Assembly (NCBI GenBank): GCA_937921825.1
Contig: CAKZVK010000019.1
Span: forward strand, 966 to 64,965
DNA: 64,000 bases
Reading direction: 5' to 3'
DNA from: an uncultured Saprospiraceae bacterium
GTDB taxonomy: Bacteria > Bacteroidota > Bacteroidia > Chitinophagales > Saprospiraceae
In this document: positions 57,276 to 64,000 of the stretch, piece by piece
How positions within the stretch are numbered: position 1 is the stretch's first letter
Layout: each line of letters begins with the position of its first letter
Position numbers and translations under genes: made by a program
The notes under the pieces: model-generated
The model's input: only the letters and a program-made list of their open reading frames with translations
Told to the model about the DNA's origin: nothing
Database searches by the model: none

Positions 57276-58634
57276 CTAAGTATGATGATGGATACTTTCC
57301 TGAATGTATGGATCTGTATCACTGGACAAAGATGCACTAGCTACTCTATTGAGTACGAAGTACAAGAATAAACAGAGGAAGCCTATAAAGGTTCCGAATT
57401 CTAATATGCCAGGAAAAGTAAATCCAAGTTCGAAAGGTAATCCAGAAGCATGGTGTGCAACTTCGTGTGCCGCCTCATGTGCTCCATGTCCAGCACCGTG
57501 TGCTACATCATGTGCAGCTTCGTGTCCATGACCTCCATGTGCATCACCATGGCCGTGACCATGTCCTAATGCTTCATGTGCGGTATGTCTTATTCCTGGT
57601 CTGATCATCAAGAAGAAATCTATCCAGTGACCCACAAGAACTAAACCTGCTACGAATCCTAATGACCCCATCTTTCTCTTTGTATCATTCCTCATTAAAA
57701 TGAAAAATGGAGCTATAAAGTTTATCAAAATATTTATCCAGAATAGTGCTGGGTAGTTATCTACTCGCTCTCTGAAGTATATTGTTTCCTCACCTACATT
57801 AGCATACCAGATCAACATGTACTGAGAGAACCATACATAAGTCCAGAAAATACTGAAGGCGAATAAGAACTTACCTAAATCATGAAAATGCTCAACAGAG
57901 ACATTCTGATAAAAGCCTTGACTCTTAAGGAACAATAAAATCATTATCGTCAGGGCGATCATAGATACGAACCAACTTGCACCAGTATACCATGCAAACA
58001 TAGTACTGTACCAGTGTGCATCTATAGACATGATCCACTGCCATACCACAAAGGCACTACCAAAACCTGCTAGTGGCAAAAATGCCGCTGCATACTTTCT
58101 CATGCTGTAGTGGTAGCTGAAATCATTAAGGCTTCCATGCTTCTCCTCTGCAATAGACAAAGCTCTTATGCGTATAACTATAAAAGTCCAGATAGCCATT
58201 AAGACCATACTGCCTATGAGGTAAACGCCTTTATTTAGGAAGCCAGCTTTGCCAGCTATAATTCTATCATAATTGGGATTGCCTACTTCTGCGATCCCTT
58301 CCATATTCCAATGGTAGAGGTGATGCAAATCAAAGAAGGTCGCGAGACCTAGTATGAGAATAAGTACACATCCTACTATAAGGAAAAGAGACATGGCCTC
58401 CCATACCCTTTTGAAAGCCACATACCATCCTGCCCAAGCTGTGATACTTACAGACATAAAGAATGCCGCCATAAGACCTATACCTGTAAAGAAGGTAGCG
58501 TTATGTAAAATGTTACCCCAAAATCGAGTATGAAAACTATCATCACCCATCCACACGAATGCTAAACATAATAAACCAACCAACATACCTGCGATCAGAG
58601 TTATTCTAGTCTTGCTTGTTAAATCGTAAGTCAT
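57276..58634 (-). CDS. actF: Alternative Complex III subunit ActF (quinol:cytochrome c oxidoreductase membrane subunit)
   Basis: 452-aa polytopic membrane protein positioned between actE and coxII, as in Bacteroidota ACIII clusters. Confidence 0.75.
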   Translation of the reverse strand: MTYDLTSKTRITLIAGMLVGLLCLAFVWMGDDSFHTRFWGNILHNATFFTGIGLMAAFFMSVSITAWAGWYVAFKRVWEAMSLFLIVGCVLILILGLATFFDLHHLYHWNMEGIAEVGNPNYDRIIAGKAGFLNKGVYLIGSMVLMAIWTFIVIRIRALSIAEEKHGSLNDFSYHYSMRKYAAAFLPLAGFGSAFVVWQWIMSIDAHWYSTMFAWYTGASWFVSMIALTIMILLFLKSQGFYQNVSVEHFHDLGKFLFAFSIFWTYVWFSQYMLIWYANVGEETIYFRERVDNYPALFWINILINFIAPFFILMRNDTKRKMGSLGFVAGLVLVGHWIDFFLMIRPGIRHTAHEALGHGHGHGDAHGGHGHEAAHDVAHGAGHGAHEAAHEVAHHASGLPFELGFTFPGILEFGTFIGFLCLFLYFVLNRVASASLSSDTDPYIQESIHHHT

Positions 58635-58658
58635 CTCTTCTTTCTTTTAAAGCTATGT

Positions 58659-59498
58659 TTAGTGATTATCATGATCATCGTGACTATGGTCTCCATCATG
58701 AGAATGGTCTCCATGATCACTGTGTGATGAATGGTCATCAGAATGGCCATGATCATCATGACTATCTTTAGATAACTCTGCTACTTGTTTTAGTTCCCCT
58801 GCTGGTCTATCGATGTTGTTCAGGGTATTAGAGAATTGGTTGTAATCAACCTTCTTCTCTTTTGCTTGTAGAGATCTGATGTAATGGATTACATCCCATC
58901 TCTCTTTGTAAGCCAATTTATCTTTATAAGAACCCATCAGATTCTTACCATACATAATCGAATGGTAATATCTTCCGTTAGAGGCCGTTACGAATTCATC
59001 ATTCGTAAGGATAGCTGGTTGTACTGGATAGACACCACCGTTATCTCTAACTAGGTAGCCGTTACCATCTCCTTTCTCACCATGGCAGATAGCACAGTTG
59101 ATATTGTATAGCTCCTTCCCATTTGCAATAGCTGCATCAGTTATAGGGTAAGGATTATTTATGAGCTCCTTAGTCGCTCTAGTTCTTTCTTCTTCTGTAT
59201 CACCATAATAGTAAGGCGTATTATCACCTACTGAAGAAATAGAAATATTATCTGCTTTCCTTCTCGGGATAGTACCATTTACGGGTAGCCTTGGCTGTGC
59301 ATACTTGTAGTAGTCCTCTTCTGAGCCCCAAGTATTATTATAGTAATAATTATAATAGTTTGACTCGTAAGCGATAGAGTGCGCCATATCAGGCATGAAT
59401 TCACTTCCAGTACTGTCGCCACCAGGTCTAGAGCAAGATGCTAGTAAAAGCATCATCCCGATAATTAGTGTCAGTGTATATGTATGTAGTTGCTTCAT
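58659..59498 (-). CDS. actE: ACIII monoheme cytochrome c lipoprotein ActE with a His/Asp-rich tail
   Basis: Lipobox LLASC and a single CAICHG heme motif. Gene order also fits. Confidence 0.8.
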   Translation of the reverse strand: MKQLHTYTLTLIIGMMLLLASCSRPGGDSTGSEFMPDMAHSIAYESNYYNYYYNNTWGSEEDYYKYAQPRLPVNGTIPRRKADNISISSVGDNTPYYYGDTEEERTRATKELINNPYPITDAAIANGKELYNINCAICHGEKGDGNGYLVRDNGGVYPVQPAILTNDEFVTASNGRYYHSIMYGKNLMGSYKDKLAYKERWDVIHYIRSLQAKEKKVDYNQFSNTLNNIDRPAGELKQVAELSKDSHDDHGHSDDHSSHSDHGDHSHDGDHSHDDHDNH

Positions 59499-59500
59499 TC

Positions 59501-60019
59501 TTATATAGTCTTAGAGTGAACTTCAGAAGCACCTGAACTTCTTAAAAATGATTCTGCCTTTCCTGCATTGACTTCTGACTTATCAAAAGCAATACAAAAT
59601 TTGTCATCAGTAATTCTTAAATCTATAGTAGGGTTTACAACCCCAGGGCCTAAGCCATTAATCACATAAAAAGTAACCACCATCCCTATAGAAGCAAACA
59701 GTACCGTAAGCTCAAAAGTGATAGGAATAAATGCGGGTACAGGCCAGTGTGGCTTGCCACCAAATATTTGTGGCCAGTCTCTAGTAAAGATCCAAGACAT
59801 ACCACCAAATGCCGTCAAGGTACCTATCGCACCATAGATGAATCCGGCAATGTGTAATCTTGACTCTGACAATCCTATTAAAGGATCAAGACCGTGAACT
59901 GGAAATGGAGTATATACATCCATGATTTCTAGATGATCCTCATTCGCTTTTTTCACAGCTCTTAAGAGATCTTCTTCATCGTTGTACAATCCGTAAACTA
60001 TATCTTTAGTATGTGCCAT
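59501..60019 (-). CDS. actD: ACIII subunit ActD (DUF3341 family)
   Basis: 172 aa with two central TM helices. Lies between actC and actE. Confidence 0.75.
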   Translation of the reverse strand: MAHTKDIVYGLYNDEEDLLRAVKKANEDHLEIMDVYTPFPVHGLDPLIGLSESRLHIAGFIYGAIGTLTAFGGMSWIFTRDWPQIFGGKPHWPVPAFIPITFELTVLFASIGMVVTFYVINGLGPGVVNPTIDLRITDDKFCIAFDKSEVNAGKAESFLRSSGASEVHSKTI

Positions 60020-60043
60020 TTTCTTTTGTTGTCGCTTTTTGAA

Positions 60044-61825
60044 TTAAACGTACTTACCACCGTCTAGTCTGTCCTGTAAATCTTCTAACTCATCCCACTT
60101 TCCATCTCTAGCTAGACCTGCTTGTTCTGGCCAAGATTCTGGAACTTGCATTTTGTATCTAGGTCCAGCCGCAGCCAATATTTCAGATAATCTACTTACA
60201 GGCGTATCTGCTAGTTGATTAAAGCTGTAGATATTTGCATCATTTAGAAGCCCAGCTACTTTAGGACCGATGCCTTCTATCTTCGTTAGATCATTTTTAG
60301 TCGTTGCTACTGAGGAATCTGCCTCATGAGTTTCTGCCATAGACGCTGCAGCTACATTAGAAGAAACAACTTTTAAGTGATCTCCTCTGTGTGAGTCATG
60401 TCCATGACCTGCAGGTACTGAATGATGATCATCATGTCCGTGTCCGTGGTGTAATTTATTAGGACCAGTATACTGATCTCCTGCAGTCTTCAAGATACTC
60501 TTGACCTCAGCAATTGCAACCACTGGTGCTACTCTCGTAAACAATAAATATAGAGTCATGAAGAGTCCCATAGTCCCTATGAAGATACCCATCTCCACCC
60601 ATGTAGGTGAGTAGTAACTCCAAGACGATGGTACATAATCTCTTGCTAGTGTCGTCGCTATAATCACAAATCTCTCGAACCACATACCAATGTTGATCAC
60701 GATAGATACAAAGAAGGTCACGGCTATATTTCTTCTCATTTTTCTAGACCAGAAAATCTGAGGAGAAATTACATTACAGAACATCATACCAAAGTATGAC
60801 CACCAGTAAGGACCGACGGCTCTATTAAAGAACGCAAATTGCTCATAGACATAACCTGAATACCATGCTATAAATAGCTCCGTCAAGTAGGCAACTCCTA
60901 CTATGGTACCTGTTACTACAATAACTTTATTCATAGACTCTACGTGAGCAATAGTTATGTAGTCTTCTAGTCCTAATAATTTTCTTGTAACTATCATCAA
61001 GGTCAGTACCATTGCAAATCCTGAGAAGATCGCTCCTGCCACAAAGTATGGAGGGAAGATCGTCGTGTGCCATCCAGGTATAACTGAAGTGGCGAAATCA
61101 AAGGATACAATTGTATGTACTGAAAGTACGAGTGGTGTCGCTATACCTGCTAGGATAAGAGAGAGTGACTCCCATCTCTGCCAGTGCTTAGCTGACCCTG
61201 TCCAACCGAATGATAAGAAGTTATATATCTTTCTTCTAAGTCCTTTTGCTCTATCTCTTACTGTTGCAAAATCAGGCACTAGACCTGTATACCAGAATAA
61301 TAGAGATACAGTGAAGTACGTTGATATCGCAAATAAATCCCAAAGTAGTGGGGAATTAAAGTTAGGCCATAGAGGCCCTCTCGTATTCGGATAAGGGAAG
61401 AAGTAGAAAACTACCCATGCTCTACCGACGTGTATCCCTGGGAATAAGGCGGCGCAGATTACGGCAAATATTGTCATGGCCTCTGCGGCTCTGTTTACAC
61501 CAGTTCTCCATTTCTGTCTGAAGAGTAGAAGGATCGCTGATATTAGTGTCCCTGCGTGACCAATACCGATCCACCAAACGAAATTGGTGATATCCCATCC
61601 CCAACCTATCGTTCTATTCAGGTTCCACGTTCCGATACCATGCCACACCGTCCAGGCAATACAAAATAACCCAAAGGCCAACATAGTCAAGGAAAGAATA
61701 AATCCTACAGTCCATCCAAAACCCGGAGCTCTCTCCGTGGGAGAGACAAGATCCTCTGTAATATCATGGTACGACTTATGTCCATTTATTAAGGGTTCTC
61801 TTATATCGCTTATGTGAGCACTCAT
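60044..61825 (-). CDS. actC: ACIII quinol-oxidising NrfD/PsrC-like membrane subunit ActC with a C-terminal extension
   Basis: NrfD-like polytopic core (WGWDITNFVWWIGIGHAGTLISA). 593 aa including an extension of about 135 aa. Confidence 0.85.
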   Translation of the reverse strand: MSAHISDIREPLINGHKSYHDITEDLVSPTERAPGFGWTVGFILSLTMLAFGLFCIAWTVWHGIGTWNLNRTIGWGWDITNFVWWIGIGHAGTLISAILLLFRQKWRTGVNRAAEAMTIFAVICAALFPGIHVGRAWVVFYFFPYPNTRGPLWPNFNSPLLWDLFAISTYFTVSLLFWYTGLVPDFATVRDRAKGLRRKIYNFLSFGWTGSAKHWQRWESLSLILAGIATPLVLSVHTIVSFDFATSVIPGWHTTIFPPYFVAGAIFSGFAMVLTLMIVTRKLLGLEDYITIAHVESMNKVIVVTGTIVGVAYLTELFIAWYSGYVYEQFAFFNRAVGPYWWSYFGMMFCNVISPQIFWSRKMRRNIAVTFFVSIVINIGMWFERFVIIATTLARDYVPSSWSYYSPTWVEMGIFIGTMGLFMTLYLLFTRVAPVVAIAEVKSILKTAGDQYTGPNKLHHGHGHDDHHSVPAGHGHDSHRGDHLKVVSSNVAAASMAETHEADSSVATTKNDLTKIEGIGPKVAGLLNDANIYSFNQLADTPVSRLSEILAAAGPRYKMQVPESWPEQAGLARDGKWDELEDLQDRLDGGKYV

Positions 61826-61854
61826 TTATTATATAGTTGTGATCCTCTAATTTA

Positions 61855-64000
61855 TTATGAGTCCAATGACTCTTTATTGACAACCTTCATAGTATAAGTC
61901 ACTGATGACCTAACGTTTATTTCATCTAATACTATGTAGTTCATAGGTGATGCAAGTTTCTTGCTTAGTTCACCATTCTTGTTATTTCTATCTCCAAAAG
62001 TAATTGCACCAGTAGGACAAGCTGTCTGACAAGCAGATCTTACATCCGAGTCTTGTAGTCTTCTACCCTCTCTCTTAGCTGTCAGCTTACCTTCTTGTAA
62101 TCTCTGTACACAGAAACTACACTTCTCGATAACTCCTCTTGCTCTTACAGTAACGTCAGGGTTAAGAACCATTCTCGTTAGGTTATCCGCACCGAAAGGA
62201 ACGGCTTCTCCTGGAGCCATTGCTGGCTGATTAGCAGGGAAGATATCCGCAGTGGTATAATCTAGCCAGTTGAATCTTCTTACTTTATATGGGCAGTTGT
62301 TAGCACAGTATCTCGTACCTACACATCTGTTATATGCCATTTGATTCAGTCCTTCAGAACTGTGGTTTGTGGCATTTACTGGACATACATTCTCACATGG
62401 TGCATTATCACAATGCTGACACATCATCGGTTGATATACCGTGTTAGGGTTTTCTGCATCGCCGAAGTAGTATCTATCTATTCTCAACCATGTCATTTCA
62501 TGGTGTCTTGATACTTCTTTCTTACCGACAACAGGAACATTGTTCTCTGCCATACAAGCGACAGTACAGGCATTACATCCAATACAAGAATTGAGATCTA
62601 CATGCATCCCCCAGTGGTGGCCTTGCTTGTATTTGTTCTCAGTATACTCATCATATGGATACAGCGTTGCTTCATTCAGGTGATCAAACTCTGCTTGCTT
62701 ACCGTGTAATCTTGCGATACTTTCTGGGAGATCTTTTACTGTAGTAGGATAGATAATTGACCTTTCTGTCAATGATCCTTGGTAACCCGTCAAACCTACG
62801 CCGTAAGCTGTTTGACCTAGAGTCGCTTCATCAGCATTGATTCTCTCGCCATCATTATTAGTAGCCTTGACACCTATAGTATGGTGATATTGTACACAAG
62901 AGAAGTGATCTTCCTTTCCAACTTTAGTAGACACAGCAACGTCAGTATTATAGTACTGGCTGAGACCTGCTTGGTAAGTCAGACAGTTATTTACATTGAC
63001 ACCTACACCAGTTCCACATTTTCCTGCGGCACTTCTTCCATATCCTAAAGCTAGACCTACTGTACCCGGTGCCATTCCAAATTGCTGGACGACAGGGACA
63101 GTCATAGACTTACCACCGATAGTTATCTGTGCAAGATCTCCGTCCTTTAGATTATTCATTCCTAGGAACTTCTTACCTCCGTCATAGTTGACTGGAATTG
63201 CAAGGTAGTTACCCCAAGATGTTCTCGCTACGGGATCAGGCATTTCTTGTAACCACGGGTTAGAAGAGAACTGACCGTTTCCGATACTTACTGGCTCAAA
63301 GAATACAACCTCTAATTCGTTACCTGAAGGTCTAGAGATACTAGAAAGAGCACCACTCACATTTGCTGAGAATGAACCTGCTCTACTACCTGCTCCACCT
63401 TTAGCTACACCATCTCTGAGTGCATTATCCCAAAATGATCCAGAAAAAGCGAAACCGCTCTGTCCATTGAAAAGACCATTTTTCCAGTTATTTTTTAGAT
63501 ATCCTAAATAGGGTTGGTCACCAGAAACATTTATTCCTGCCCATGCCATTAAGGATTCTTCTGCTTGTCTTGTATTGAAGAGTGGACTTATCGTCGGTTG
63601 GATAAGACTTAATTCTCCTCTTTTGGGTTGCGCATCTCCCCAGCTTTCTAAGCCGTGATGCGTAGGTGCGACCACATTACAAAGCGCCGTGGTTTCATTA
63701 GGCTGATATGCTAGAGCAATTTTAGTATTGACTTTAGCCATTGCATTTGCGAAAGCTTCTGCCTTACAATAGTCATAGGCAGGATTAGCGCCCCATACTA
63801 TAACTGTATCTACTCTTCCGCCTTCTATCTCCGATATTAATGCATCTACTTGTCTCTCGTCTCCTTGTCTCTGTAGTGAAGCATCAGAAAAAGTTAAGGT
63901 AGTACCGTATGCTCCGATAGCGTTATTGATACTATTAACTAGGATCTGCTCACTTACATTGTTAGATCCACTGACTACTAATCCTCTAGAGCCTGCAGAC
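61855..64000 (-). CDS. actB: ACIII subunit ActB (molybdopterin-oxidoreductase-like domain plus 4Fe-4S ferredoxin domain; N-terminus lies outside the window)
   Basis: I checked the frame by hand and it stays open from 63741 to the window edge. Several Cys clusters are present (CIGCNACTVAC, CQHCDNAPCENVCP, CVGTRYCANNCP, CSFC..., CQTACP). Confidence 0.88.
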   Translation of the reverse strand, partial: SAGSRGLVVSGSNNVSEQILVNSINNAIGAYGTTLTFSDASLQRQGDERQVDALISEIEGGRVDTVIVWGANPAYDYCKAEAFANAMAKVNTKIALAYQPNETTALCNVVAPTHHGLESWGDAQPKRGELSLIQPTISPLFNTRQAEESLMAWAGINVSGDQPYLGYLKNNWKNGLFNGQSGFAFSGSFWDNALRDGVAKGGAGSRAGSFSANVSGALSSISRPSGNELEVVFFEPVSIGNGQFSSNPWLQEMPDPVARTSWGNYLAIPVNYDGGKKFLGMNNLKDGDLAQITIGGKSMTVPVVQQFGMAPGTVGLALGYGRSAAGKCGTGVGVNVNNCLTYQAGLSQYYNTDVAVSTKVGKEDHFSCVQYHHTIGVKATNNDGERINADEATLGQTAYGVGLTGYQGSLTERSIIYPTTVKDLPESIARLHGKQAEFDHLNEATLYPYDEYTENKYKQGHHWGMHVDLNSCIGCNACTVACMAENNVPVVGKKEVSRHHEMTWLRIDRYYFGDAENPNTVYQPMMCQHCDNAPCENVCPVNATNHSSEGLNQMAYNRCVGTRYCANNCPYKVRRFNWLDYTTADIFPANQPAMAPGEAVPFGADNLTRMVLNPDVTVRARGVIEKCSFCVQRLQEGKLTAKREGRRLQDSDVRSACQTACPTGAITFGDRNNKNGELSKKLASPMNYIVLDEINVRSSVTYTMKVVNKESLDS

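Noticed and set aside
51481-64000. Nested or antisense ORFs within the respiratory operon (for example 52121-52315, 52548-52751, 53446-53760, 54806-55087, 56292-56509, 57304-57531, 61065-61817, 62996-63187).
   Set aside because: All overlap genes with unambiguous heme-copper oxidase or ACIII signatures. None has independent start, terminator or motif support.
1-64000. Search for mobile elements, defence islands, CRISPR arrays, tRNA/rRNA genes and prophage remnants.
   Set aside because: I saw no transposase, integrase, recombinase, Cas, restriction-modification, toxin-antitoxin or phage-like ORFs. I also saw no short-repeat/spacer array and no intergenic stretch resembling a tRNA cloverleaf. 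The window looks like core chromosome plus surface-protein genes.

Overview
This looks like a chromosomal segment from a Bacteroidota genome. It is AT-rich by eye, shows TAnnTTTG-type -7 boxes, carries many T9SS C-terminal sorting domains and has Bacteroidota-style respiratory gene order. I support about 50 protein genes. I could not recognise any rRNA, tRNA, CRISPR array, transposase, integrase or phage genes.

Layout, left to right:
- A partial ribB-like gene.
- A 2585-aa T9SS adhesin made of SdrD-B-type repeats.
- Housekeeping genes: a GT4 glycosyltransferase, a divergent EF-G paralogue, ddl, anmK, an acyl-CoA oxidase, pdxH, ung and ygiQ.
- A Fur/MerC-like divergent pair and a MoxR-VWA pair.
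- Two large adjacent T9SS cargo genes.
- A TetR-TolC-MFP-RND efflux operon.
- A TonB-dependent-type barrel.
- A tandem-repeat Cys-rich lipoprotein.
- From 51.0 kb to the window edge, one long minus-strand operon encoding Alternative Complex III (actB to actF) and an aa3/caa3-type cytochrome c oxidase (coxII, coxI, ctaB, two coxIII genes, coxIV).

Most interesting observations:
1. An unannotated 30-codon gene sits downstream of an ArsR/SmtB-type regulator. It encodes a hydrophobic segment followed by CC-x3-CC-x3-CC. Both genes are preceded by the same 16-bp palindrome.
2. Cytochrome oxidase subunit II carries a C-terminal OmpA-like peptidoglycan-binding domain.
3. His-rich low-complexity tracts occur in five different ACIII and oxidase subunits. 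ActC also has a helix-hairpin-helix-like C-terminal extension.
4. The EF-G paralogue lacks the catalytic His and the NKxD Lys.

All functional calls rest on motif recognition by eye. No database search was run.
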